Assembly: GCA_051362555.1 (NCBI GenBank)
Contig: CM120647.1
Span: forward strand, 1,116,001 to 1,180,000
Length of the DNA stretch: 64,000 nucleotides
Direction of reading: 5' to 3'
DNA from: Lingula anatina
Lineage: Eukaryota; Animalia; Brachiopoda
Shown: positions 11,375 to 24,569 of the stretch, in pieces
Layout of the letters: every line of letters begins with the position of its first letter
Numbering within the stretch: the first letter of the stretch is position 1
Position numbers and translations under genes: made by a program
The notes under the pieces: model-generated
Databases searched by the model: none
What the model was told of the DNA's origin: nothing
The model's input: only the letters and a program-made list of their open reading frames with translations

Positions 11375-12541
11375 ATGGATTTTTCTGATTTGCTTTTGGC
11401 TAACTCTAGTTGCGAGGGGGGAGAATGCGAGTTATTGGCCTTCAACTTCACCCTCGGAGATTCCAGCGACGATTTTGCCAGTCGCCAAATTTCTGCAGAG
11501 CAATCACTTGTGTTTAAATACGGGCGTCTATTTTACGCCTACTTCACCCCGGCGATAATAGTCATAGGACTATGCGGGAACAGTCTCTCTTTCAACGTTT
11601 TCATAAGTCGGAGCATGCGCGGTCTGTCTGCGAGCCAGTACCTGGCGGCGCTCTCAATCTCGGACATTCTCGTTCTGGTGGTGTACGTGTTCTTGGACTG
11701 GACGACACGTGGCCTTCCGTTCCTCCCACGGAACATCAAGCTGGATATTCTGGCTATGAACGGGGTATGCCACATGTTTCTGTACTTTTCATATTCCCTG
11801 CGGTTCATATCGGTCTGGCTTATCGTCGCCTTCACCATAGAACGCTACATCGGCGTCTGTCTGCCACTGAAGAAAATCAAGATTTGCAGCCGGGCATATG
11901 CACGGCGTACCATTCTAACCTACACGGCTGTAGGCATGGTGATCAGTCTGTACAAGCCTATTTTGAGCGGCGTCTACGCCAAGGAGGAGGTCGGTGTCAA
12001 GGTCTGTACCTTTAACCCAGAGTACGAGTTTGTTTCCAACGTCCTGGATGCAGTGTTTGGCCTCGCCATCACTCTGGTGCCGTTCCTAATTATAGCAGTG
12101 CTCAATGTCATCATGGTGCACAAACTGCGCATGCGCAGCAAGAGAAATAAGAACGGCATGCGCGTCCACTGCGTAGTGAAGGAAAACAAGCTGAGGCTGG
12201 AGATGACGCTGATTCTCATCGGTCTTTCTACCTGCTTCATCGCCCTCAACTTGCCTTACTTTGTGGTCTGGTGCTTCAGCAGATACCAAACACTCAACGG
12301 GAGCTCCAACAGCCTCGCCGACTTGGTGACCACGCGAGGAGTCCTGTACATCACGAGGACCATCTTCTACATCAACTACTGCAGCAATTTTTTCCTTTAC
12401 AGTATCACCGGGGCGTGCTTTAGAAAAGAATTGCTTGATCTCTTTCGCTACCATCGACTTCTCAAGCGCAGAAGTTTTGAGCAAGAGACAAGGAAATATT
12501 CCCCGATTTTGAAGCGACCGTCCACGGAGTCGTCGCTGTAA
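11375..12541 (+). CDS. Class A (rhodopsin-like) 7TM peptide-type GPCR, FMRFamide/CNMamide-receptor-like group, 388 aa, intronless CDS (GPCR-1)
   Basis: Seven hydrophobic segments: GLCGN (TM1), YLAALSISD (TM2), C3.25 and FTIERYIGVCLP (TM3), LVPF..LN (TM5), CFIALNLPY (TM6), INYCSNFFLY..G..FR (TM7/H8). N-glycosylation sequons NSS and NFT. Kozak CGCCATGG. GC-rich relative to flanks. Confidence 0.97.
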   Translation: MDFSDLLLANSSCEGGECELLAFNFTLGDSSDDFASRQISAEQSLVFKYGRLFYAYFTPAIIVIGLCGNSLSFNVFISRSMRGLSASQYLAALSISDILVLVVYVFLDWTTRGLPFLPRNIKLDILAMNGVCHMFLYFSYSLRFISVWLIVAFTIERYIGVCLPLKKIKICSRAYARRTILTYTAVGMVISLYKPILSGVYAKEEVGVKVCTFNPEYEFVSNVLDAVFGLAITLVPFLIIAVLNVIMVHKLRMRSKRNKNGMRVHCVVKENKLRLEMTLILIGLSTCFIALNLPYFVVWCFSRYQTLNGSSNSLADLVTTRGVLYITRTIFYINYCSNFFLYSITGACFRKELLDLFRYHRLLKRRSFEQETRKYSPILKRPSTESSL

Positions 12542-13124
12542 TGGTGCTAGCAAGCCGGGTACATTCCCGCCTCGAGGAAAGTCCTCGGCGTGTTTGAAAA
12601 TGAAAACAGTCGATGTGCTGCAATTCTGATCATGTCTATTTTGTATTACTCTCAGTGGGTGCTCTGTCAACACATTTGCTCTATTTTTATACCACACATG
12701 ATTGAAAGAAGTGACACGAACAACTTTACTTCAACGCAATATCTTTTCTACAATGTATACCTCAATTATTCATTATTATCTCATATGTATACCTTATTAT
12801 TTGATATTATTATTATCCTAGATTTTTCCTGGTCAGAGTATAATATATATATTATATATAAATAAATACGGTGTTCAAAAAGTGGGGTTGATCAAAAAGT
12901 AATTATCAGACGAAAAAAAGTATCTTCTATATCTGTTGTGTTGTCAAATGTTTAATTTTGTAAACTTTATTGAAATGTAGCGTACTTAGTGTATTTATAT
13001 CACGAGAAAGTTGAATGACAGGGAACTGGTTTTATAACGCAATTGGACTATAAAAAGGACTATAAAATTTAACTACCTGATGTACATAACTGCAGCTTTT
13101 TGGAATATTTTCATATATGCAGAA

Positions 13125-13130
13125 AATAAA
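13125..13130 (+). terminator. Candidate polyadenylation signal of GPCR-1 (alternative AATAAA at 12861)
   Basis: AATAAA followed by GT/T-rich TGTTTGTATTTTATTTTATTTTGTTGTTGG. Confidence 0.45.
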
Positions 13131-13268
13131 GAATGTTTGTATTTTATTTTATTTTGTTGTTGGATTATTGTCACTGTAATAAGCTTTGATAAATTCAAAT
13201 ATTCACGTCAAAAGATATGTTCTGTGGAAACAAAGGTGTACTACAGGCTGTGTCAACAACGAGATTAT

Positions 13269-13552
13269 CAGTGGCGAATTTAGGAGGGGGATATCAGGGG
13301 GATCCTGACCGCCCTTTGATTTCTGGAAAAAAATCACATCAATGGTCCTCTCTTGAAATTAGAATTTTGACAAGCTGAATCATAGTTTTCAACCATACCA
13401 AATGGCACCGTTCGCTGTCTAAAATACCAATTTTTTTCGGGGACCTTCAGCGGGCCCCGAACCCAATGCCAAGGGCATGGTCGGCTTTGCATCCGTGGTA
13501 TGTCATTCCTAAAAACCGGACCCCCCTTCAAATAATCCTGGGTCCGGCCCTG
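13269..13552 (+). mobile_element. MITE family B (CAGTGGCG...CCCTG termini, hAT-like)
   Basis: Termini CAGTGGCGAATTTAGGAGGGGG ... AATCCTGGGTCCGGCCCTG. Interior shared with copies at 14822, 19526, 25314 and 33479. Confidence 0.75.
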
Positions 13553-14821
13553 ACAACGACAGTGGTTCTATGTTATAAGTGCAAAGGTCACAGGTCTGGT
13601 CCCGTCTTAAGAATGAGAAGCCTGTAACAGTCTGTGCAGTAAACTTTCCAGCTTACTGGCCACTCGGACCACCACTTTCCTAAAATCCTGTTTTAGTGGT
13701 CCAAATGAAAATTTCAACAAGAATGAACATTTCCCCCAACTGCATTAACATTACTACTTATACATTGTAACCAGACCTTGATTTTGTCATTTTTTTAGAA
13801 CCATCATGTAGCATTAACATTTTGAAAAAAAAAAAAAAAAAAAAAAAAAAAACAAATGGTATTTTGCAAACTGAAAAAAATAATCTAATGGCCATATCGA
13901 ACCACTAAATTGACATATTCTGAAACATCTACTGGTCCAAACAAAAATTGACAAGCCGTGTCCGTAGGAGCAGTGGCTAGCGTCCTTGTATTAAGCTAAA
14001 ATGGCCATTGTGCCCCTGATTTCTTTACCAGTACAGTGTAGCCACGTTACTGGAACTCGTGGGCAATTAAAAAATATAAATTGGCTGCCATTCGGTTCAA
14101 TGAAGACTGGATTATGTGAAAATTAAAACAGTCGTCCATATACCACCAATGCCTGTACAGGTAGATGTTTCATTACTGAGGCGGAAGATGTGACAGAAAG
14201 TCGCCGGCTACGGGAGGCTATAGACGTTATTAACGGCTATAGACACTATTAACGGCGAGAGACACTATTCATCATATCTACCGAGGGCTAAAGACACTAT
14301 TAACTGGACTATTGGAAAATCATCTTTTATATTTAATTGGAACTGACCGTCTGTCCTCCCTGCCGTCTGATTTGATTAACTTTGGTTATATTTACCCATA
14401 TATCACTTCGCTTTATTATTATTTTTTTTTGGGGGGGGGGGGGGGGGGGCGACGTCCACGGTAATATAATTAGACCCTATACCATGAGAAGAGGACTTGA
14501 TACTGGCTTTATCCCTCAAGAATAGCAAGTCAACCAAGATGGTTTTTCCCTTTCAGCAAATGAATTTAATAAAGGCAGCACTTTGTGAAATCTGACGTTG
14601 CACGACCACTGCGTATGACAATAATGCTACAGGTACTCCTGCTCTAGGGGTAAACGATTAATTGATTAAAATACAGATTCCTGGCACTTAATACACTGAC
14701 ACTCGACTGTCCATAACCGGTTAGTTACCAAAGAGCCATTCAAATACTGGAATGAAAGTAACTATTCTTACTTTGCTCTAACTTTACCCCCCCCCCCCCC
14801 ACTGAGCCACCCTCCCCTACC

Positions 14822-15048
14822 CAGTGGCGTTTTTAGAGGGGAGGGGGTCAGGGGGGGGGTCTGACTCTCCTGACCAGTTTCTGAAAAAGGTAGCACACCA
14901 ATATTCCCCTCTTGAAAATAGAATGTTGACTAGCTAAATCATAGTTCTTAACCGTATCATAGGGCCAAACATTTTTTCTGGGCCCTTGCTTTGCATCCAA
15001 GGCCTGTCGTTCTGGACCAACCTTCAAATAATCCTGGACCTGCCCCTG
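14822..15048 (+). mobile_element. MITE family B copy
   Basis: CAGTGGCGTTTTTAGAGGGG ... CTCTTGAAAATAGAATGTTGACTAGCT ... AATCCTGGACCTGCCCCTG. Flanks CCTACC/CCTATC. Confidence 0.7.
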
Positions 15049-15691
15049 CCTATCCTCCCCCCCCCCCCGGGCCGCGCCCTTACCGTAGATCTCTAGGTTT
15101 ATATAAAAGGGCAGCCAGTCTAAAGTCTGTTCTTACAAATTCACCCACAGCTTATACACGCTGCTGTATGTAACACTGAGGTTAGAACACGAGCAGGTTT
15201 GATAAGAGCAGAGAACGATGACCTGATGGATTATATAGCTATACCTATACCAGGTCGTCAACACCTGGTGGAAACAGATAGCTGGTAATCTGAAACATTC
15301 TGGACCACTTTTACTGCAAACTCACAGCATGGGTTCACAGCAAGTGCCTAAACCATACACAATTTCGAATGACTAATACACCTAATTTCCAATCACCATA
15401 AGATACCAGTGCCACATACAGAGGTATCCAGATAGGAACTTTGGATATGGATACCAGTACATCTGACCTCGTCCATCTTTACATACGTCACGAGTCCAAT
15501 GGCGTTCTGAAGAGAAAAACCACGAGGTTGATTTTTCGAGAAGAAAACGGTTAACAAAAAATAAAGCTTTGTTCTTCAAATTCAAATCCATAGCCTACTT
15601 TAACTGAAATTCAATCAAAAGTGGCACAGACCAAAGACATGCATGGAGCTCGCTTTCATGCGAGCTTGAACCGTAGCAACACGCTTCAATA

Positions 15692-15697
<6 letters not shown>

Positions 15698-15760
<63 letters not shown>
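15698..15760. repeat. (TA)n microsatellite
   Basis: Direct reading. Confidence 0.95.
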
Positions 15761-15763
<3 letters not shown>

Positions 15764-16359
15764 AATCACCTGCGAAACTTCGATGACGATCTGAATTACA
15801 ACGGACACATTGCAGTTTCACTAAAAATCTCATATCAGTTCCCTGGCTTAGTTGACTAGGATTTCCATGAGAGTGCTGTTACACTGCTCCAGATAGGGTA
15901 AGGTGTGCCCATGTGACCATGTAACCTTGGTAATTAAGTTCTTAGCCAAGGAACCTGACTTAAGTTTCTTTGTGAAACCGGGGCCAGGCGTTTCCGCTCC
16001 CTGCGTCACGTGATCTCAGTTCTGTCGGTTAGATAACGTGTGTCACGCTGTTTCGCTGTGGAGTCGAATGTCTGCGTTTCATAATATTAAGCAGGAAATC
16101 AATGCCACAAAATTTCCTATATTAGTTTTTACTTTGGTGCAATTTTCCAAGCTCCTTATTATTATTATTATTATTATTATTTTTTTTTTTGCTTGAGTTA
16201 GAATAACAACAGCACAGTCACGTCCGCGTTATTTTAAGTACAAAATTTCCTCACACATTACTCCTTATTACACTGCCTAACTAAATTCAATTTAACTGTC
16301 TTCAATCCACAATTCATTGTTTTATATATAGATTGCAACTCATGGCCACCACATGACTT

Positions 16360-16560
16360 AAACTAGAAAAACACTCCTAGAGCGCAGACCTCCGCCAAGG
16401 CAGCGATTTTTGATTATTATTGATTATTGATTGATTATTGATCCAGATCACCACCAAAAACTAATCATCTGTTCCTTGGCCCACTTCTGACAGTTCCTGA
16501 AAATTTCATCAAAATAACTTTTTGAGTTATGTTGATGACAAACAAACAAACAAACAAACA
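16360..16560. mobile_element. Fragment resembling a non-autonomous Helentron (HINE/DINE-1-like) repeat
   Basis: AACTAGA start, CCTCCGCCAAGG, GATCCAGATCACCACCAAAA, AAATTTCATCAAAAT and a (CAAA)n tract. These motifs are recalled from this repeat class; single copy in the window. Confidence 0.4.
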
Positions 16561-18528
16561 GGAGTCTGTAAGGAGAAACAGTCGATCTACTTCATTGTCA
16601 ACTAAAAAAGGAGGAGAAATTGTGTAGAGTTAAGACCAACATAAGCCACTTTCCAGAAAAGAGAAAAAAACAAGCTCTCCTCTCAACCTCGAGATATGGG
16701 GAATAACGAGCTGTCACTCAGTTGTAAAATGCCACCCCCCCCCCCCAAAAAAAAATAATAAATAAATAAATAAATAAATAAATAACTCTCTCTTAGGAGC
16801 CCAAACATGGTACAGAGTGTTCAGCCTGTCAGCGAAATATTACTTAAGTTTATTAGTCTCTCCTGAAAGACGACTTAAGTTTCGTAGGATCTCCTGAAAG
16901 AGTTGGTTTTAATTTTCAAATCTTCAAATGTCGGATATATAAATATATTTTGTGCAGAGATAAAATGATAGCAATCCGTCATAAGTTGGTACTTTAAAGT
17001 ACAAACTTTTACTGATATTTTATTTATTCTACTTTTGTTTTTATAACTGGGTCAAATTCTTACATAATTAATTCATATAAAACACTTTTAAAGCACATGC
17101 ACCGTTTAAACACGAATTCATGGAAGAAGAGTTCATGTCACAAGGCGTGTTGCCTTGAGTAAGAAAATAAGTAAAAAATAGCCTTGCAAAGATAAACACA
17201 TGTAAGACAAGGTCATGTGTTTAAAGGAAACACGTTATCAGCCGCCGGGGACCATTTCTTACGACAGTTCTTGGACAGCCCCCAGTTTGTACAGTAATAT
17301 CCCGCGCAGAACAGGCCAATCAGCTTGTTGGTGTGACGATGGTAAATTGGCTTTATCTTACTGATTACGCAAGGTAAGAACTAAGCAACTTTCATGCTCC
17401 TTCATATTCTTTATTGTCACTTTCTAACTACCTTATTTACATTTTCTTTCTCTCTCCCTTCAACTTCCTAAATTGCTTTGCACCTTTTACGTTACATTCT
17501 CCGCTTAAGTACGACGAGGTCATGTCAATGAACTCAGTTAGTCTGTAAAACAATCCCCGCTCTTCATTCACTCGTGGCTGTCAATTACTAACATTGCATT
17601 GGTAATAGTGAAAAATCAGCAAATTACCTAAAGTTGTAATTCCACTTTTTTTTTAAAAAATGGCATTTTTCCTTTTGATGAAAGATCTAATACAGCCGAC
17701 CTATCGTGCCCCTGATGCATTCTAGTTGTATACTTCTATTACCTGTTGAACTCGTGCAAAGAAATATTCTCCAAAATGGATTTTACTCATTGTTCGTTCT
17801 GCCATTATCTTAAAGTTCAAGTGTGTTGTATAATGCTTTCTTAACAAGGCATAGCCAAGGACCTAAATGGTCTCTTAACTGTCATTGTACGTAGGCGAAT
17901 CTTTGATATTTACTGTTTGCGGCTATTTTATGATCAAGTATCAGTTTGGTGACATTTTCGAGATTATAAGAAACATATGTTTCGTGACAAACGTACATGT
18001 TTGTAACGACATGATCACGCTGGTTAATTATACTTTGCTTTACTGCCTTATTTCACCAGTTATGTCTTAATCTTATTCCAATACCACACTTATAAAACAA
18101 ACGCAGTATATAGTTGGTAAAAAGTGATGTTTGTACGAGTACTGACTGCAAATCAAGCAGAATATTTTGAATAACTTGGCTTTCTGAATATTTGTAAGTT
18201 TTCGTATCAAAATATCAGATTATATATATGCAAATTTTTTTTCAGTTCAATTCATTGGTGGTGTTTTGTCAATAATAGCTGCCCTGATTGACCCAAACCT
18301 CTAACAGTCATTGTTTCGTGCCTATCTCACTTCGTGTGGTTGATGAAATGAATGAGGTCATTTATATTAAGGTGGAGGAAACAAATGTACTGTAGCCCGT
18401 GGGACGTTACACGTGTAGCTATGCCGTCCGTGGGTAGATACTCTGGTCATTGGATTTCGTACATGTGTACTGTTTCACCGCGCGCTTGTTGATTGTGTCT
18501 CATACTATGAGGCCATTCAGAACAAAAG

Positions 18529-18766
18529 ATCCGAGGATCTACTGATCCACGGATCAAATATGGCGGACCCTACATGGAAGAAGAGCCGACTAATGGTCGC
18601 TGATGGTCTCCCCGCCTCCACACGCGCTATTAAATGGTTTAAATCACTCCGAGGTTTAATTGCTAGATACCTGCAAAGATGGCGCGTGTGGAGGCGGGGA
18701 GACCATCAGCTCTTCTTTTATGTAAGGCCGGCCATATTTGATCCGTGGATCAGTAAGTCATTGGAT
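18529..18766. mobile_element. Foldback MITE-like palindrome (~238 bp, arms ~95-110 bp)
   Basis: TACTGATCCACGGATCAAATATGGC...GCTGATGGTCTCCCCGCCTCCACACGCGC is mirrored by GCGCGTGTGGAGGCGGGGAGACCATCAGC...GCCATATTTGATCCGTGGATCAGTA. Confidence 0.8.
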
Positions 18767-19525
18767 ATTCTTTTCTTTATGACCTCTGTGTTGCAATCAG
18801 AACCGATAGCAACACTGCTGTACAAAAAATCGCAGTTTTGCGTGAACCAATTTCCCCTGCTTGTTCTACTTATAGGTCGAAAGAGATTGCAGATGCTGTA
18901 AGGTAAACCTACACTAATTGCAAGCGACAAGTAAAGGAGAAGCAAATAAGTTAAAAAAACTAGCGAATTATTGAGCACACGTTTAATTTCTTTTAGAGTC
19001 AACAAGTGTAAGAATTGTTTTCGTGTTAGGAAAAGATATAAAATAGCACCAGTCACATATATATCGTATTTGATTGGTAAATTTCACAATCAGATTGTAA
19101 GTTTCTGTCACGTGTATAACACACACCAACTAAGTTTTGGATAGGCGCCAAGTATAAGTAATAAGAACAACATTTTAGATTTTTTAATTAGGCTCTTAAA
19201 GATTACCTAATAAGGGAATATATATTGAAAGGTGGATCAACAGAATGGAAAACCCTGGAGATCGCGAAAAAGACAATGTAACGAAACAAGTAAATGCGTG
19301 CTCGGTACGGAGAAATAGGGTATATATCATCTTGAAGTTATATGCAAAATCAGTCAGTGAATAACATTTGCCAGCCCCACCTCGTCGTCCTTATCATTAC
19401 AAGACCTATACATAAATATAGAATGTACCTTAGAAGACCTCTTATTAGAGTAAATATGCATGCGCGGTTACCGAGAAAACTAAATATATACTGTGTATCT
19501 AGTGCAGTACATAAATACATACACA

Positions 19526-19795
19526 CAGTGGCGAATTTAGAGGGGGGTTGGGAATCAGTGGGGTCCTGACCCCCCCCTTCGGTTTATAAAAAAATCACTA
19601 ATATTCCCCTCTTGGACTTAAAATTTGACTAGCTGATTTATTGTACTAAACCGCATCAAATGGCATCGTTCGCACTCTAAAATACCAAAAACTTTCGGGA
19701 CCCATCAGCGGGCCCCGAACCCCGCGCCAACCAAAAGGGGGGGGTCGGCTTTGCATCTGCGGATTCCCCTTCAAATAGTTCTAGATCCACGCCTG
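19526..19795 (+). mobile_element. MITE family B copy
   Basis: CAGTGGCGAATTTAGAGGGGG ... CAGCGGGCCCCGAACCC ... TAGATCCACGCCTG. Confidence 0.75.
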
Positions 19796-22700
19796 TGCAT
19801 GCATGCATACATATAAAGGTATATATGATATATGATGACAAACAAGAATATTTCTTCTTTCATTTATACATTTTATTTATCTTTTTTTTATTCATACTAT
19901 ATATAAATATTTATTTTCCAACTACCTTGATTATTGGGACAGTGTGGTGAATGGGCGCCACCTCAGATTAGGATGTTGGATGCAACACAATCTATTTTAT
20001 TTTCGACCTGCACTCAGGAATACCTTGCTCGAGCTACAGCTAATGTCTTTCTCAGCGGATTCCACGATAAAAAGTACACGTACAAGTTTGTGAAGCATCT
20101 ATTATACTTGTGCTAACACATTCAAATGGCCATTTTGCGTCATTCCAGATCCCATAAAAAGACAAAAACGATACCATGGGAAGTTTGAAGACTGTTTCCT
20201 AATCGAAATCATGCATATCTACTTATTATCATCGTAAGAAACCTTGATACAGTGCATTTTGATAAGCACAAAGTGTTATTCCCTCACGAGTCAAGCACTG
20301 GTAAGTGGCCTGTCTTCCGGCCATTTAGCTCCGGAGTAACGTTCGATAAGGCCTGGCCAAGAGAAAGAAAGGGCAGAATCCATAGGCGGTCATAACTGCA
20401 CGTAAAAGCCAGCAGCCTCACATTATCAAACATCATATTTATCACCAACATGATATAATTGTACGCCAATTAGACAACATAAAACATTATTATTGCACAT
20501 ATGTTTTAAACAATAAAATCGCTAGTAATTTGTTATGTATCCTATTACAGCAGTTTGACTTCACTTGTGCCCAGGCCAAATATATCAATATTTCAGAGCC
20601 ACGCCGTTCTTTATTTGACACATATTCGTGTACATGTATATAAAGCTCTGACCAAACGGCCATTTTCAAGAAGAAAATGGTTTTACAAACCAATTAAATG
20701 CACTGTGTCCTTCAACTAATGTCAGATTTAGAGACGGGTAAACGCAGGGGGTGACATCTATAGGCCATAAAACACGTGACTCCATTGTTAGGTGGATAAG
20801 GGAGAAAATACAAAGAGGCGTATTCATATCCGTTAGCAGATCATATTCTTTATATATGTGTTTTTTCCACAATACACGCATGAAAATATCAACAGACTCT
20901 ATTTCTATTACTGAAACCAAAATGGTATATTGCATGGATACAATAGATAGACAACTGTGTATTGATTCATCTGGAATAGGTTTAAAATTTACGTTTTTCT
21001 TTTCATACGTATAGGCCTACGTAGCACTGACAAAACGGTCATTTTCAAGAAGTAGATGGTTTTAAGAACCAAATATACACTGTATGTTTGTTTGCAACAA
21101 TGCAAAGCAGAGTCTGAGTGTTCATGTATTTCTATAATAGGAACCAAAATGGTGCATTGCATAGTAATATAGCTAGACATATCTGGAATAGGTCTAAAAT
21201 TTACGTTTTTGTATCCATAATGATAATGCACTTAATACATTGAAACTTGTCATTTCATTGTCGTCAGTAATAAGGCTGAAGACAGAAATGAATACGTACT
21301 ACACGGAGCAATGACACTAATTTGCCGTTATTACTGGTTATTTTCAACGCGGGCTTGGTATTGGCCTATACTATCATTCTTATTGCCGTAAAATTTGTCC
21401 CTTAATGACCGCCTGCTGAATCAGAGATCACACAGCTAAGAATGTTACGATGCTAGTGGATTCAACTTTACTTTTAAATCAAACGCTTGTTCTTGAAAGC
21501 ACTAGCATGCATGCCTCGGCATAAATGCCTGCTGAGGTTTTTCAGACTTATTGATAAAGCAGTAGACCCAGATCTACTCGTGTGTGACATGCTGATCTGT
21601 TTTTGAGTTTACGATACACAGAGAAAGCGAAAGCAGCTAGGGGTAGAACTGAATATTACATAAGAAAGCAAAATTAATTATTGAATTATGTACTGCTATG
21701 TGAACTTTCAATGGTACATGATACTATAAAATGAGGTTTGGATATGTTTTCGAACTTTTTTCTGTGTCTTTTGATTTTCTCTCTCTGTATTTATTTATTG
21801 GTGTAATCCTTAATGTTTTTTTACGATCGTTTACATTAAAATTTATCATTTAGTTTTCATAATAAATATTCAAACCACCGGCTTACCTCTAGCAGCAGTT
21901 TGCCCTCTTTATATCTCTAGAAGATGCATTCTTGCCAGCTAGGAAATTCATTTTGGCATATTTCACCTCTGAAGGAAAGTCATCACATCACGCTTGCTAC
22001 GAGAGTATCTTTGAATGTTAATTATAAATAAAAGGAGGGGACGAAATGACTGCGCTTCAGAAGGACGCCAGCACAAAGTGGACCGAGGCCCTACGTTGTC
22101 AAGTAGTATAGTGGATTTTTATTAAGATTTTAATTGTATAATACGAGAAGAAATGAACTTCAATCACATGGCATAAAGGTTAAGTGAGATCCACCAGAGA
22201 GCAATATGACGTCGGTCGAGGAGAAACTTGCATTAGAAAGTTTGACACATTCAGAAGTGACTGTAGATTAAGACTACTAAAACTGACCGGGAAGAGGGAG
22301 TCGTTGGAAAAAATGATGAACAATTAAGAACAAACAGATGTGAAAGACAAGGCATGACAAAGTGACTTAACATGTCAGTGCGAGTGCACTAGCTCCAGTC
22401 GAAATACATGTACATACACAAGAATTGTATAGCACTGGAAAACTTCTACGTTTGCTGTACACATGAAATGTATTCGCTACTGAAAGTGTATTGGATTTGT
22501 GTCACCGATCTCTTGCTTTAAGTGTCATAAAAAAGGTCTAGGAAAGCGCATCCTTTCAAGACAATTGGATGTTGGAAAGTCTAATCAGAGTTATAGATTT
22601 ATCGCTGATGCATTGGAACACCAAAGCGCTGAACTTAATTGTCGTGTTACATTTGCATGGTTTTTCTCTCAGTGAGTGTGTTAGTTTTTGTTAGCACGTG

Positions 22701-23323
22701 TACCGTTCATGCAAGCTGTCACGTGCAGGGTAATTTAAAAATAATTGTTGCTCTTTGTAGTTTTTATTCCATGTCATATTTATTTCCATATTTCATTTTT
22801 TTTTCATTTTCCTGGTGTTTACAGCATTGCAAATAGAAAACAAAGAAAAACTATTTTCGATAGTTATGACATTTTGAAAGTCACGAGTTATAATAATGTC
22901 ATGTTTGCATGTCAACGACTGCGGATTCCATTCTGCTGTTTTGAGACTTGAATCAAAAATAATTGCTGTTCTTTGCGGCGTGTTTTTCATGTCGTATCTA
23001 ATTTCAAAGTCCATTTTTCATGGTGTTTACAGCGAGGATAAGAACATAAAAAGAATAAAACGATTAAGACTCTGGAAAACACGAGGCGACATCAGGGCAT
23101 ATTTGCTTTCAACTGCCGATGTCATTACTTTGCTGCTGCTGACGATATTCATTTTCTTGGAAACGCTTAATTAATGGACCTGGATAAATGACACGCTTTC
23201 ATTGAGTAAGATCAGAAGGCTAGTCGGTAAGATCCAGTTATTATCGTATAGTATACGTGTATCTATATGTACATGTAGATCACGCCAAGGGCTATAGTGG
23301 AGCGTAATGTGTTTTCAGTCTTA

Positions 23324-23548
23324 GGGCTCATTCCCAATGGAACTATCGGTCTAGGTCGTTCCAACTCCGCGGAGACTTGCGCTGAATGCAGTCAGATTAA
23401 CAGATAAACACTCCTCCTAGTGTTGATTACAATACAGAAGAACTGGCTATTATACGAGTACGCTTGATACAAGACATGATATCCTGTTGAATTGATTGCA
23501 TTCAGCAAGAGTCCCCGCAGAGTTTTAAAATCGATTGAGAATGAGGCT
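23324..23548. mobile_element. Diverged relative of MITE family A
   Basis: TTA|GGGCTCATTCCC start; internal inverted pair AACTCCGCGGAGACTTGCGCTGAATGCAGTCA / TGATTGCATTCAGCAAGAGTCCCCGCAGAGTT; ends GAGAATGAGGC. Confidence 0.5.
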
Positions 23549-23673
23549 TTCTAGCGTTTATTATCCGAGAGATAACTACATATTTAAGATGATTTAGTGT
23601 TAACCACCTGCTCCTACATGTAGAATATACACGTGTTCAGGGTGATGACCGGAACAGGGTTGATTGAGTTTAA

Positions 23674-23898
23674 GGGTGCATTCCCAGAGATTTAGATCGA
23701 TCTGGAGATTAAGAGTTAGATCGACCTAACTCCCTGGGGGTTTACGCTAAATTGCAGTCAGCCGAGCGCGCACCATAGTTAATTACCCCTTTACAGCTTT
23801 TAGTAGGCGGGACAGACGCATAAGCCGGCTAAGCTGACAGTAATCTAGTGAGACTCCACACAAGGATAGATCGATCTAAAATCTATGGAAATGGGGTC
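23674..23898 (+). mobile_element. MITE family A (~225 bp, PIF/Harbinger-like, TWA target)
   Basis: TAA|GGGTGCATTCCCAGAGATTTAGATCGATC ... GATCGATCTAAAATCTATGGAAATGGGGTC|TTA. Confidence 0.9.
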
Positions 23899-24344
23899 TT
23901 AGTGTTCGTTTAACATACGTCTAAGAAATCGGTCAACCTGGACTGTTCTGCAATTGTAACCGTCAAATCCAGGAAACACCGTCACCAGAGGAAAAACTGC
24001 GTCTGTCATAATTACCGAATAGCAGTTGTTACTGTATTAAATGTTCAAATCTATCTTCATTACCGGTTCATATAGTGATGCCAATGACCTCAACAATCAT
24101 TTATCGACGCCAACCCTCTGTGTACTTTTTTTATTCTGTTTTCTAGACATTGATAAGTAAGAACGATGGCAAATAATTTATTTTTTCTTTAAAAAAATTC
24201 CAAAAAGATAAATGAGGTAGTGCATTATAATTACAATACAATGACATTACAATAAGTGTTATTTATTTAATTATTTTTTTCATGTTTTTCCTAAAGTGAA
24301 CGGCGTGATAGAGGAAATGGCATAGCTTATCTCAGTTAAACTAA

Positions 24345-24569
24345 GGGTGTATTCCCAGAGATTTAGATCGATCCAGGGATTAAGATTTAGATCGATCTAA
24401 CTCAATGGGGGTTCACGCTAAATTGCAGTCAGCCGAGCGCGCACCATAGTTAATTACCCCTTCACAGCTTTTAGTAGGCGGGGCAGACGCTTAAGACGGC
24501 TAAGCTGACAGTAATCTAGTGAGACTCCCCACAGGGATAGATCGATCTAAAATCTATGGAAATGGGGTC
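24345..24569 (+). mobile_element. MITE family A copy
   Basis: Same sequence; perfect TAA/TAA target duplication. Confidence 0.92.

Noticed and set aside
11539-12697. Antisense and alternate-frame ORFs over GPCR-1 (e.g. 203 aa at 12086-12697) and similar ORFs over GPCR-2
   Set aside because: Expected shadows of GC-rich codon usage; no recognisable motifs.
15230-15370. QHGF-like reverse-transcriptase fragment
   Set aside because: Single short motif with no supporting neighbours.
20640-21215. Degenerate duplicated blocks (AAACGG.CATTTTCAAGAAG; ACCAAAATGGT..ATTGCAT; CATCTGGAATAGGT.TAAAATTTACGTTTT)
   Set aside because: Probably an old repeat; boundaries cannot be defined by eye.
21430-22560. 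Possible retroelement debris (KNVTMLVDSTFTF at ~21440; CFKCHKKG zinc-knuckle-like at 22514)
   Set aside because: Motifs are incomplete and too short to call.
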